Shown here: piece after piece, positions 49,841 to 62,716 of the stretch | Numbering within the stretch: the first letter of the stretch is position 1 | Layout of the letters: each line of letters opens with the position of its first letter | DNA from: Eledone cirrhosa | Lineage: Eukaryota | DNA length: 64,000 nucleotides | NCBI GenBank assembly: GCA_964016885.1 | Contig: OZ024752.1 | Span: 12,772,001-12,836,000, forward strand | Reading direction: 5' to 3' | Position numbers and translations under genes: made by a program | The notes under the pieces: model-generated | Database searches by the model: none | What the model saw: the letters and a program-made list of their open reading frames with translations, nothing else | What the model was told of the DNA's origin: nothing

Positions 49841-51437
49841 CCATATATGCTGACATTTGGAGCCTTATAATATCCCTCCAAAACTAGGGGTCGACTTGTC
49901 CACCGAATATAAAATGTGAGCCTTTACCACTGAGGGGTAAACAGTGAAACTGCCTGCCTAACATTGTACACCACTTACCATAACTCTAGCAGTCTACCAC
50001 AATTATTTCCTTCTGAATCTCATATTTAAGTCTATTAAATGTAGAGAATATAATAGTATCAATGACTTGCTATAGCTCATAGGGTAGGTTACCATAGGGT
50101 AGGTTACCATAGGGTAGGTTACCATAGGGTAGGTAACTATAGAGTAGGTTACCATAGGTTAGGTTACCATAGGGTAGGTTACCATAGGGTAGGTAACTAT
50201 AGAGTAGGTTACCATAGGTTAGGTTACCATAGGGTAGGTTACCATAGGGTAGGTTACTATAGGGTAGGTTACCATAGAGTAGGTTACCATAGGTTAGGTT
50301 ACCATAGGGTAGGTTACCATCGAGTAGGTTACCATAGGGTAGGTTACTATAGAGTAGGTTACCATAGGTTAGGTTACCATAGGGTAGGTTACCATAGGGT
50401 AGGTTACTATAGGGTAGGTTACCATAGAGTAGGTTACCATAGGGTAGGTTACCATAGGGTAGGTTACCATAGGGTAGGTTACCATAGGTTAGGTTACCAT
50501 AGGGTAGGTTACTATAGAGTAGGTTACCATAGAGTAGGTTACTATAGAGTAGGTTACCATAGGTTAGGTTATTATAGGGTAGGTTACCATAGAGTAGGTT
50601 ACCATAGGGTAGGTTAAGGTAGGGTAGGTTACCATAGGGTAGGTTACCATAGGTTAGGTTACCATAGGGTAGGTTACCATAGAGTAGGTTACCATAGGGT
50701 AGGTTACCATAGAGTAGGTTACTATAGAGTAGGTTACCATAGGGTAGGTTACCATAGGGTAGGTTACCATAGGGTAGGTTACCATAGGGTAGGTTACTAT
50801 AGGGTAGGTTACCATAGGTTAGGTTATCATAGGGTAGGTTACCATAGAGTAGGTTACCATAGGGTAGGTTACCATAGGGTAGGTTACCATAGAGTAGGTT
50901 ACTATAGGTTAGGTTACCATAGGGTAGGTTACCATAGGGTAGGTTACCGTAGGATAGGTTACCATAGGTTAGGTTACCATAGGGTAGGTTACTATAGGTT
51001 AGGTTACCATAGGTTAGGTTACCATAGGGTAGGTTACTATAGGTTAGGTTACCATAGGTTAGGTTACCATAGGGTAGGTTACCATAGAGTAGGTTACTAT
51101 AGGTTAGGTTACCATAGGGTAGGTTACCATAGGGTAGGTTACCGTAGGATAGGTTACCATAGGGTAGGTTAAGATAGGGTAGGTTACCATAGGTTTGTTA
51201 AGTTTAGGTCAGGCTAGTTTATGCAGTGAGTTGGAACTCACTTGTAACTGAAGTGTTTTAAAAGAAGTGTCTTAGACTTTAGTGCACTACTAAATTTTTT
51301 GAATTATTTCTCCTGCAGGAGCCTTATTTTTGGGGGGGTCATCTTATCCAATGAATATAGGCCTAAACCTAAATTACACCTCAGAATTTTAGGCATCAAC
51401 CTATGCACCAGATCGACTTGTACACCAGTATATATGG
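49841..51437. mobile_element. Tc2/pogo-like MITE carrying a 15-bp tandem array
   Basis: TA|CCATATATGCTG...CAGTATATATGG|TA inverted ends; internal GTCGACTTGT motifs. Confidence 0.62.
50078..51195. repeat. 15-bp minisatellite, about 74 copies
   Basis: Unit ATAGGGTAGGTTACC with variants. Confidence 0.95.
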
Positions 51438-51502
51438 TATATTCCATGATTCATAATGCAATGTCCTGAAAATTCTGCAAAGTTTGTTCTTTTTCTTTAG
51501 AA

Positions 51503-51675
51503 TACCTTATTTCCCGGCATCGAAGATGCTACTTCTTTTCTAAAATAAGTCTAAAAAATCTACCATGCGTCCTGGAGGTCGAAAGTTGTTTTTTATTTTT
51601 TTTCAAATTTTTGGTTGTCAAAATTAAGGTGCGTCCTTGAGGACGAAAGCATCTTCAGTGCCGGGAAATACGGTA
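51503..51675. mobile_element. Tc2/pogo-like MITE (second copy at about 39407-39577)
   Basis: TACCTTATTTCCCGGCA...TGCCGGGAAATACGGTA inverted ends. Confidence 0.7.
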
Positions 51676-51960
51676 ATTCCCTTAGAATATTTAAATGTGA
51701 AGAAGTATTTATATTTGTATATTTGGCTTGAATATAATATTATTATTGATGTGGAAAGTGATATCAGGCTAAACAATGCAAAATGGATGGTAAGATGAAG
51801 GTAACAAAATAGTTAGTTACCTGGTAATCATTGTTTTGTTTTGTTTTGTTGCTGTTGTTCTTTCATCCTGATATTTTAAGACTTAAAATTCCTTTTTTCA
51901 GAGTATAAGGGACTCTGAGAGAAAAGCAAATGTAATTTTATTGAATTTCTTTTCTGCCAG

Positions 51961-52074
51961 GTTATAGAGAAGAAAACTGTTCTTTTGTTAATCCTTGTCT
52001 ATCACACCCCTGCTCTCATAATGGAACATGTCAACATACAAAAGATGATAAATACACTTGTACATGTCAACCAG
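51961..52074 (+). CDS. Exon 14: EGF-like repeat
   Basis: tgccag|GT...CCAG|gtagca; GYREENCSFVNPCLSHPCSHNGTC...YTCTCQP; 114 nt. Confidence 0.9.
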
Positions 52075-52908
52075 GTAGCAATAATTTTCTTTTATTTTGG
52101 CACAAAGTTAACAATTTTGAAGAGGGGTAAGTCAATTAAATTGCCCCTCCCAGTGCATTACAAATAAAGTACCAGTAATGCACTGGGGTCGATTTAATCA
52201 ATTTTCTTCTTTACCAAATTCTTGGCCTCGTGCCTAAATCAGAAACCATTATTTTGTTGGTATGTTGTGTCTCGTGTGTAGAATTAATGATTTGTGGCTG
52301 TATCATTTGTTAGTTAAGTGAATTATTAGTGTTACTGTATCAAATATTGATTATGTGAGACTATGGGTTGTGTTATTTTATTATAAGAACCAGTAATGCG
52401 CTGGGATCAATTTAATCAATTTTCTTGACTGCCAAATTGTTGGCCTTGTACCTAAATCAGAAACCTTTACATATCTTTATATGTTTATTTATTTATTTAC
52501 TTACAATGTAATTATGATGTTTCAGCAAAGCAAATCTTCATTAACTTTTTAGTTACCAATCCAGCCAAAACCGGCTCTGGTTCTATGAAATAAAATCAAC
52601 CATTTTAAAGGTTTCTATATAATTTCCAATACCTGTACTAACAAAGACTCTAAAACAACATCAGTTATCGACATGTCTTGATTATCACTTCCTAACAATG
52701 TGATATCCATGAATTACATGAGGATTTAACCCTTTAGTTACCAACCCAACCAAAACTGGCTCTGATTCTATGAAATAAAACCACCCATTTCAAAATGTTT
52801 CCAATTTAAATTAAAATCTTCCAACATAATTTTATATAAAAATCTTGTCAAAATAAATCACTTAGAGAGATCGTAAATCTATATTATGACATTAATTAAC
52901 AATTTCAG

Positions 52909-53044
52909 ATTTTAGTGGTGATAATTGTGAAAACAATGTTAACCATTGCAAACCAAATAGTTGCCCAAATAATGGAACCTGCCAAAATCTCTACAATTCC
53001 TTCAAATGTATATGTCCTTCATGGAACCAGTACACAGGAGATTT
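52909..53044 (+). CDS. Exon 15: EGF-like repeat
   Basis: tttcag|AT...GATTT|gtaagt; FSGDNCENNVNHCKPNSCPNNGTCQNLYNSFKCIC; phase 1-2. Confidence 0.9.
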
Positions 53045-53545
53045 GTAAGTAACTCATTTAACCTTTTACCATTTAAACCGGACGTATCCGGCCAGAATTT
53101 TCTCACCTCTTTCTGTTCAAACCAGCCATAACCAGCTGTTTATACTAGGCTCACATATCTCTTAAAATATTTTTTCCTGTTAAAATTTACCTACTGTTCT
53201 CAAAATAAATATTAAAATCTCAGATTCGATATTATGTCAGATAATTATGTGAGATAAAACCTTTACCATGAAAATACAATAGTAAATATAAAGTAATGTA
53301 AACGCTAAAGGGTTAACCTTTTAGAATTTACATTACTTCTTTTTCCATCTTGAAGGGTTTCATTCTATTTTGTAGCATCTCCACATATGAACCCACCCTA
53401 CTTTATATTAATCCTTTAACATTTAAATTACACTACATATACTATTGTATTTTTATGGTAAAGGCTTTATCTCACAAAATTATTTCATAATATCGAATCT
53501 ATGAAAATACTATAGTATATATAGAGTAATGTAAATATAGTAAAG

Positions 53546-54291
53546 TGTTACAATGGTTGGAACTTTAGTTGTTTTCTGTTGTTATTTAGACACAGGTCTG
53601 TTACAATGGTGGGAACTTTAGTTGTTTTCTGTTGTTATTTAGGCACAGGTCTGTTACAATGGTGGGAACTTTAGTTGTTTTCTGTTGTTATTTAGGCACA
53701 GGTCTGTTACAATGGTGGGAACTTTAGTTGTTTTCTGTTGTTATTTAGGCACAGGTCTGTTACAATGGTGGGAACTTTAGTTGTTTTCTGTTGTTATTTA
53801 GACACAGGTCTGTTACAATGGTGGGAACTTTAGTTGTTTTCTGTTGTTATTTAGACACAGGTCTGTTACAATGGTGGGAACTTTAGTTGTTTTCTGTTGT
53901 TATTTAGGCACAGGTCTGTTACAATGATGGGAACTTTAGTTGTTTTCTGTTGTTATTTAGGCACAGGTCTGTTACAATGGTGGGAACTTTAGTTGTTTTC
54001 TGTTGTTATTTAGGCACAGGTCTGTTACAATGGTGGGAACTTTAGTTGTTTTCTGTTGTTATTTAGGCACAGGTCTGTTACAATGATGGGAACTTTAGTT
54101 GTTTTCTGTTGTTATTTAGGCACAGGTCTGTTACAATGGTGGGAACTTTAGTTGTTTTCTGTTGTTATTTAGGCACAGGTCTGTTACAATGATGGGAACT
54201 TTAGTTGTTTTCTGTTGTTATTTAGGCACAGGTCTGTTACAATGGTGGGAACTTTAGTTGTTTTCTGTTGTTATTTAGGCACAGGTCTGTT
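53546..54291. repeat. 53-bp minisatellite, about 14 copies
   Basis: Unit ACAATGGTGGGAACTTTAGTTGTTTTCTGTTGTTATTTAGGCACAGGTCTGTT. Confidence 0.95.
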
Positions 54292-55924
54292 AGCACAAGG
54301 TCAGCAATCGACCCCAGTACATTACTGGTACTTTATTTTATCGACCTCATAAGGATGAAAGGCAATGTTAACCTCGGCAGGATTTGAAACCAGAACGTAA
54401 AGGGCCGTAACTCTATGCTGTAAAGCATGGCATCCCACCCTCTACCGGTATCGCCAATACATTTTAAATAATAACAACACTACAGATATTTAAAAACAGA
54501 AAATGAAGGGTAGGGCAAGCGCTCTAGAGTCACAGAAGAATGGGAGGGGGGATAGGGAGGGTGATGGGCTCTAGCCCCAGAGTGAGGGGGAAGAGGGAGG
54601 ATGATGGGTTCTAGGTCTGGGGTGCAGCAGTGTTGGGGTTGCTCCACGCGGACAAGACCACAAAAGTATAATGAAATTATCAAGCACAGCATGCCGTTAC
54701 TGTCGACTATAAAACAGGGAAGAGAGAGCAGGCAATCTCTTTTGCAGTTCGAACCACAACAAACAATGGTCAGTTCTGTTGGCTGGAACCAGGAGGTGGA
54801 CTGTCCCCTAAGTTTCGTTTATGGTGGTGGCCTGTAGATTAGATTTACTTGGTGGCTGATGTAGCGGATGCCATTGACCAATGTCTGTGGGAATGCCTTT
54901 GACATTTGTTCATGAGGCAGTCAGTCTTAAGTGTAAAGACACACTTTCCATATCCTCTTTTCATTTGTTGCCAAATAATTCTGGCTCTTTCTCTACTTTT
55001 CCTCTCATTTATAGCATTTATAGTTCTTTCAAATATTACTCTCTTTTTCTATATGTTTGACTAAATATTAAAATCTTTATTACTTTTACATAATCTTATC
55101 ATAGAAATATATTTTAAAAAAATATAATTGAGTGTAAACTACTTGAAACTAACCAATTCCATGATTTATGTTTGTTAATTGAAATACTTATAGTAGCCAG
55201 TCTGCTACTAGCTTGAGCCAGCATGGCAGACTAGCTGTCAACTGCACTGTTTACAATCTTTTACCCTTTAGCATATAAGCCAGCTGTATCTGACCAGAAT
55301 TCTATCACCTCTTTCTGTTCAAACCGGCTGTAACCAGCCGCTCATACCAATGTTAAGGTATTCTTCTGAAAATAAATAACATCAAAATCATGTAGCTTCA
55401 ATGTTATGTGAGATATTATGTAAGATAAAGTCTTTATCATAAAAATACAATAGTATATATAGAGTAATGTAAATGATAAATGGTTAAGATGGTTTTTTTT
55501 AGAGAAATATAAACACTTTAGCATTTAAACTGGCTGTATCCAGCCAGAATTCTCTCACCTCTTTCTGTTCAAACCGATCATAATTGGCTGTTCGTACTTA
55601 TATTAAGATATTGTTCCAAAATAAATAACATCAAAATCTCGTAGCTTCGATATTATGTGAGATAAAGCCTTTACCGTGAAAATACAATAGTATATATAGA
55701 GTAATGTAAATATTATGTGAGATATTATGTGAGGTAAAGCCTTTACCATGAAAATATAGTAGTATATATAGAGTAATGTAAATGTTAAGTGAGGTATTAT
55801 GTGAGGTAAAGCCTTTACCATGAAAATATAGTAGTATATATAGTAGTATATAATTAAACTGTAAACAATATATATAATACGTCTTTAGTTGGATAGATTG
55901 TTGTCATATTTACAAAAATGATAC

Positions 55925-56108
55925 GCGATGGGGTCCACCCACAGTCTCGGTGGACAGAATGGAGAAGGCGTTTCCCCAGAGAACGGCAAGGGAGACACGC
56001 TGGAAAAGCCACTCCAACTCGCGGGGCTCACACCTGCGGCTGGCCAGCTCAGCGCCTATGGTGGTGAGTAAGGAGGTAGCCCTGGGGCCGAGGACACCAG
56101 GGTATTGG
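55925..56108 (-). mobile_element. CRE-like RLE retrotransposon C-terminal fragment
   Basis: My minus-strand translation: GVLGPRATSLLTTIGAELASRRCEPRELEWLFQRVSLAVLWGNAFSIL, resembling the FQRISxAVQRGNA motif; GC-rich island. Confidence 0.65.
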
Positions 56109-56604
56109 GTTAATTCCTTAGCTCATACTTTTAGTGTATCTCTCTTACTCTCATTGTCAGTCTCTTTGTATATATTTTCAACAAACACTGTTACAAAATC
56201 CCTGTATTTGTTCCAGCTCTCTGAGTTCAAATCCCACCGAGGTCAATAAAAAAAGTACCAGTCAAGTACTGGGGTTGATTCTTCCTTTATATCTCTTTCT
56301 CACTTCCATTCTCTCACTCTCTCTATCTGCTGTATTCAGGTGTGGAGAGGAGATGCATATATATACACACATATTCACACATACACACACGTCTCCACAC
56401 ACATACACATAAACACACATGCATTCATACACATACATAATACATACACATACATATTCATAATACATACACATACACACACATAACACATACACATACA
56501 CATACATTCAAACACACATATACACATATACACACACACAATCATTGTTTAAGATTGACAATAATTTAAATATCTCACAACTTTTATTGTTTGTCTAATT
56601 TCAG

Positions 56605-56735
56605 TTGTAATGAAACCACAGATCCATGTGTTTCAGCCCCATGTCAAAATAAAGGGTTATGTATTCTAGAAGGCACAGGTTACTATTGTCAATGCCTTTC
56701 AGGATATACTGGAGATATCTGTGATATTGATGTTG
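56605..56735 (+). CDS. Exon 16: EGF-like repeat
   Basis: tttcag|T...GTTG|gtaaga; CNETTDPCVSAPCQNKGLC...YCQCLSGYTGDICDIDV; phase 2-1. Confidence 0.92.
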
Positions 56736-57734
56736 GTAAGATTCTTTGACCTAAAGTTCTCATACTACACTAACTAACCCTTTTGTTACTGAATTTCTAA
56801 TGGTTTTCAAATAATTTTTAAAATACTCTAAAATTTGGAGGGATTCACGCTACTAACAAATTCAAAGCAATTCTAAAATTAGGCATGCCATTCAGGAAAC
56901 CAAATGAGCTTCATGCAGATTGTGGGCTCCAGTTTGGCCCTGACTGGTTTAGACTTTAGAAGGATTTAATAATATATGTGTGAGAATGTTAATATTTGTA
57001 TTTGTGTATTGCGTATCAATAGAAGTCACCAGTGAAGCAGTTTATAACATAAGAGGATGAGGTATTATGTTATCAATATAGCAGCATGTAATATTCACCA
57101 TTTTAATAGTATAGTATAACTTTTAGCAGCGTGTAATATATAACCAGAATATGTAACAATAATGTATTTGTTTGTTTGTAATTGGAAAGGTTTGGTTCGT
57201 AATATCAATAAATGTAAGTTGAATTGAGGTTCTTCTGTAAGTCTCATAATCTGTTGCTCTGCTGTGAATATAACCTCTGGAAAGAATATTTCCATATCAC
57301 ATTTTGTGGTAAATAACATCATAAGACTTTACAACGTTTTTATATGATTTATTAACAAAGATTAGAAGAGCTTGGTTGGATGGTGTGCCAAAATAAATGA
57401 ACAAACAAAATTAAGGTTTGAGAAGGTACAGTCAACTGGCTGAGGCATTAGCCAAGCCCATAGTGATGTTTTGTCGTTACATATTGTTTGTGCTTGAGGA
57501 ACAAAAGCAAGAGGTTGTTTTACCTTAACAGTGTCAAGCTGCAAGAGAATTAATTTATCAAAAGAAGTGGGAATTTCTCCATTTGGGCGGAAGTTGAGAT
57601 ACATTTCTCTACGCTGCTAGCGATTAGCTTAACTCAGCCAAACAACACATGGAAAGGGTATCAATGTGCCAAAGGAAAGTAGCTTGCTACAAGACAATGC
57701 TGAAGTTTCATTTTAATGTTGTTTTCTATTTTAG

Positions 57735-57947
57735 ATGAATGCCAATCCAATCCATGTGTGAATTATGGCAACTGTACAGATTTGGTAGACACGTTTAACT
57801 GCACATGTCAACCAGGATTCTCTGGAAGGTTCTGTGAATTGTCCAGCGATCCATGTAGTCTTCTTAATTGTACAAACAACTCCGAATGTATTCCAGACTT
57901 CTCCAACAATAAAGCTATATGTGTGTGTTTCACAAATTTCCATAAAG
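57735..57947 (+). CDS. Exon 17: Ca-binding-type EGF plus EGF repeat
   Basis: ttttag|AT...AAAG|gttggt; [35 protein letters not shown]...; 213 nt. Confidence 0.92.
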
Positions 57948-58020
57948 GTTGGTTAGCATTTTTTTTTTTCAGCCATTTATAATTTAAAAAAAACATATTT
58001 CATCATCATCATATTATTAA

Positions 58021-58064
<44 letters not shown>

Positions 58065-58994
58065 TTATTATTATTATTAAGGGTAGCGGATTGGCAGTAT
58101 CGGTAGATGGCCAGACGCCATGCTTTACAGCATAGAGTTACGGTCCTTTACGGTCTGAGTTCAAATCCCACCGAGGTTAACTTTGCCTTTCATCCTTATG
58201 GGGTCGATAAAATAAAGTACCAGTCACACACTGGGGTTGATTTAATCGACTTTCCCCTCCCTCAAAATTATTGGCCTTGTGCCTATACTAGAAATCATTA
58301 TTATTATTATTATATGTCCACTTTTCCCTGCTTGCAATTTCAATTTTAAATAATAATCAAGTTTTTAAAAATAATAATCCTGTATTTTTAAATAATTGTT
58401 TCTACGTTAGGCACAAGGCCAGCAATTATCCAGTACATTACTGGTACTTTATTTTATCGACCCCATAAGGATGAAAGGCAAAGTTAGCCTCGGCGTGATT
58501 TGAACTCAGAATGGAAAGGGCCGTAACTCTATACGTCAAAGCATGGTGTCCGACCCTGTATTTTAAAATAATAATCAAGTATTTTAAAATAATAATCATT
58601 TTTTTTTAAATAATAAAGTATTTTACAATAATAATCCTGTATTTTTAAAAACATATTTCTTCATTTCAATTAGAAATAATAATTATGTAGTTGGAATTTA
58701 GTTTTCACTCTAACACAGCCAATATGTATTCATGAGTTTTATATCGAATAATAATAATTTCTACTATAGGCACAAGGCCAGCAATTTTGTTTGGAGGGGA
58801 AGTCAATTAAATTGACCACAGTGCATTACTGGTACTTTATTTTATCAACCCCGTACTGATGAAAGGCAAAGCTAACCTCAGCAGGATTTGAACTCAGAAC
58901 GCAAAGGGCCATAACTCTATGCTGCAAAGCATGGTGTCTGATTCTTATCAGATACTGTCAATCCACCACTTTATATAATAATAATAATAATAAT

Positions 58995-59965
58995 GAAATT
59001 GTTGTGTACAGTGTTCAGGTGCACTACAACTCATCAAAGGTGCATGTATAGTACATAGAATAATGTACAAATGTCAGGAAAATGAACAGTGTATGAGTCA
59101 TGATATACATGTGGGCGTGTGTGTGGAGGGGGGATATCAGGTGTAGTGTGGGCGAATCTTAGGAAGCATGGAGGTTTTAAAGGATGCTGTGTCTCGACAG
59201 CTAACAACTGATGCAGGTAGTTTGTTCCATGGAGGTTTTAAAGGATGCAGTGTCTCGACAGCTAACAACTGATGCAGGTAGTTTGTTCCATAGAGGTTTT
59301 AAAGGATGCGGTGTCTCGACAGCTAACAACTGATGCTGGTAGTTTGTTCCATGGAGGTTTTAAAGGATGCAGTGTCTCGACAGCTAACAACTGATGCAGG
59401 TAGTTTGTTCCATAGAGGTTTTAAAGGATGCAGTGTCTCGACAACTAACAACTGATGCAGGTAGTTTGTTCCATGGAGGTTTTAAAGGATGCGGTGTCTC
59501 GACAGCTAACAACTGATGCTGGTAGTTTGTTCCATGGAGGTTTTAAAGGATGCAGTGTCTCGACAACTAACAACTGATGCAGGTAGTTTGTTCCATAGAG
59601 GTTTTAAAGAATGCAGTGTCTCGACAGCTAACAACTGATGCAGGTAGTTTGTTCCATGGAGGTTTTAAAGGATGCAGTGTCTTGACAGCTAACAACTGAT
59701 GCTGGTAGTTTGTTCCATGGGGGTTTTAAAGAATGCACTGTCTCGACAGCTAACAACTGATGCAGGTAGTTTGTTCCATGGAGGTTTTAAAGGATGCAGA
59801 GTCTTGACAGCTAACAACTGATGCAGGTAGTTTGTTCCATGGAGGTTTTAAAGGATGCAGAGTCTCGACAGCTAACAACTGATGCAGGTAGTTCAGCAAC
59901 TCTGAGCATGAAAAGATGTTTCCAAAAGTCATGGGAACTGTGTTGTTTTCTAATTTTGTACAAAT
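58995..59965 (-). mobile_element. CR1/L2-like LINE 3' end with an internal 61-bp tandem expansion
   Basis: Minus frame WNKLPASVVSCRDTASFK; (AAT)n tail at about 58975-58994; related 3' UTR at 23119-23400. Confidence 0.72.
59167..59892. repeat. 61-bp minisatellite, about 12 copies
   Basis: Unit CATGGAGGTTTTAAAGGATGCAGTGTCTCGACAGCTAACAACTGATGCAGGTAGTTTGTTC. Confidence 0.95.
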
Positions 59966-60011
59966 TAATCTATGAAACTAATTTAGCTTGGAATATATTC
60001 TTTTAAAATAG

Positions 60012-60245
60012 ATCAAAATGGACTTTGTGTTCCTGTAAATTCCTGCCAGAATACTACATGTCTACATGGAGGTACATGCATTGAAAATACAGGTGCTATT
60101 TCATGTGAATGTCAGTTAGGATATGAAGGATCACTTTGTCAGTATCATTCAAAAGTGTGTGGCAATCTTACCTGTCAAAATGGAACTGTATGTCAAAAAG
60201 ACAATGGGACATACCAATGCGTAAATTATTCCAATCAAACTGAAG
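60012..60245 (+). CDS. Exon 18: EGF repeat plus truncated EGF
   Basis: aaatag|AT...GAAG|gtaaat; VNSCQNTTCLHGGTC...CECQLGYEGSLCQ...CGNLTCQNGTVC; 234 nt; missing from the ORF track. Confidence 0.9.
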
Positions 60246-60844
60246 GTAAATTATTTTTAATAGTATTTCAATTAGCATTCACATTACAATAGCAATTTAT
60301 CATTCACATTACTCTATATATATATACTATTATATTTTCATGGTAAAGGCTTTATCTCGCATAATTATCTCACATAATATCGAATCTATGAGATTTTGAA
60401 AGTATTTATTTTGAGGACAATACCTTAACATCAGTTTGAATGACCAGTTACAGCCAGTTTCAACAGAAAAAGGTAAAGCATTCTGGCTGGTTTGAACATT
60501 AAAGGGTTAATAACACTGCATGATACTAATTCTTTAGCAAATGCTACTTTAGGTGATTTTAGTTAATTTTTGGTGCTTTTTCTGAATATAAACTCTGTTT
60601 TGCTCCATAACATCTACCATTAGATCTAAAAGATATCCCACAAAAACAGCAAAATGCAAACAGAAGAACGAAACTCCCACTATCACTGCCTCCATCTCTC
60701 CCGCTCTCCCCATCTCCCACTAATGTGAGAAAATGGGGGGGGGGGCATGCCAAGGTAACTGAGCAGATATTGTGTTGTGATATAATCAATAATTTCAATC
60801 ATTAAATTGAGATTTTACAAACCCTTGATATGTAAGGTCTAGTT

Positions 60845-61383
60845 CAGGCATGGGCAACATTTTTCGAGCAGTGGGTTGCATAGGATGTGGCTTATCATAA
60901 GGTGAGCCACATAGGATGTGGCTTATCATAAGGTGAGCCACATAGGATGTGGCTTATCATAAGGTGAGCCACATAGGATGTGGCTTATCATAAGGTGAGC
61001 CACATAGGATGTGGCTTATCAAAAGGTGGGCCACATAAGATGTGGCTTATCATAAGGTGAGCCACATAGGGTACATCTCATCATAAGGTGGGCCACATAA
61101 GGTACATCTCATCATAAGGTGGGCCACATAAGGTACATCTCATCATAAGGTGGGCCACATAAGGTACATCTCATCATAAGGTGGGCCACATAAGGTACAT
61201 CTCATCATAAGGTGGGCCACATAGGGTACATCTCATCATAAGGTGAGCCACATAAGGTACATCTCATCATAAGGCAGGTTGCAGTACTAAAAAATTCAAG
61301 GCAATTTTGAAATATAGCCGTGCCTAATTCAGAAAGACAAACGAGCTGCATGCAGCTCGCAGGCCACAGTTTACCCAAGAAAG
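60845..61383. mobile_element. hAT MITE carrying a 31-bp tandem array
   Basis: CAGGCATGGGCAA left end; 8-bp flanks GTCTAGTT/GTCTAGTC; unexpanded inverted relative at about 44442-44763. Confidence 0.7.
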
Positions 61384-61440
61384 GTCTAGTCTCTAGCAAA
61401 AATACTTTATATGTTTTAAATATTTTGTTTATCTTTTCAG

Positions 61441-61577
61441 CTGAACAAAAGAAAAATTGTAACTCTTCTTCCTGTCCACATTTTACATGTTCCTTTAATG
61501 TTACAAACAACTGTACTAATTTTGATCCAAGAGACCAGGATTGTTTGACCATTGGCATAGCTGGAGTTTACTGTAAG
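61441..61577 (+). CDS. Exon 19: atypical Cys-rich segment
   Basis: tttcag|CT...AAG|gtaaac; KNCNSSSCPHFTC...NC...DCLTIGIAGVYCK; phase 1-0. Confidence 0.82.
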
Positions 61578-62279
61578 GTAAACACTTGTAGACTTCTTCA
61601 TATTAAAACACTTTCTAATTTATACACAAGGACAGCAAATTTGGTGTTGGGAGAGAAAGTTAGGTATATTAACCCCAGTATTTAACTGGTATTATATTTA
61701 TACACAAGGGCAGTAAATTTGGTGTTGGAAGAGAAAGTTAGGTATATTAACCCCAGTATTTAACTGGTATTATATAACTTTGCCTTTCATCCTTACGGGG
61801 TCGATAAAATAAAATACCAGTAATGTACTGGGATAATTGCTGGCCTCGTGCTAAAAGTAGAAACAATTATATTTACAAAGGGTGGTGGATTGGCAGTATT
61901 GGTAGAGGGTCTGTCGCCATGCTTTACAGCAGAGAGTTATGGCCCTTTATGGTCTGAGTTCAAATCCCGCCGAGGTTAACTTTGCCTTTCATTCTTACGG
62001 GGTTGATAGAATAAAGTACCAGTAATACACTGGGGATAATTGCTGGCCTTGTGCCAAAAGTAGAAACAATATTATATTTACACACAAGGGCAGCACATTT
62101 GGTGTTGGAAGAGAAAGTGAGCTATATTAACCCCAGTATTTGACTGGTATTTTAATTTATCAACATCAGAAGGATGAAAGGCAAAATTAATCTTGGCAGG
62201 ATTTGAGAGCTGGAAAGAATACTACAAAGCATTCTATTCATTAATCAATCAGCTCTGCCAATTGGTGTTTCTGTATATA

Positions 62280-62716
62280 ATAATTGTTTCTACTTTTAAC
62301 ACAAGGCAAGCAACTATCCCAGTGTATAACTGGTACTTTATTTTATCGACCCCGTAAGGATGAAAGGCAAAGTTAACCTCGGCGGGATTTGAACTCAGAT
62401 CATAATAATTGTTTCTACTTTTGCCACAAGGCCAGCAATTACCCAGTGTATTACTGGTACTTTATTTTATCGACCCCGTAAGGATGAAAGGCAAAGTTAA
62501 CCTCGGCGGGATTTGAACTCAGATCATAATAATTGTTTCTACTTTTGCCACAAGGCCAGCAATTACCCAGTGTATTACTGGTACTTTATTTTATCGACCC
62601 CGTAAGGATGAAAGGCAAAGCTAACCTCGGCGGGATTTGAACTCAGACTGTAAAGGGACATAACTATGCTGGAAAGCATGGCGTCCGACCCTCTACCGAT
62701 ACTGCCAATTCACCGA
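62280..62716 (-). mobile_element. Head-to-tail SINE trimer (about 122-bp period)
   Basis: Three near-identical copies of the SINE 3' portion followed by one head. Confidence 0.85.

Noticed and set aside
50078-51195. Interstitial telomere
   Set aside because: The period is 15 bp, not (TTAGGG)n, and the array lies inside a MITE.
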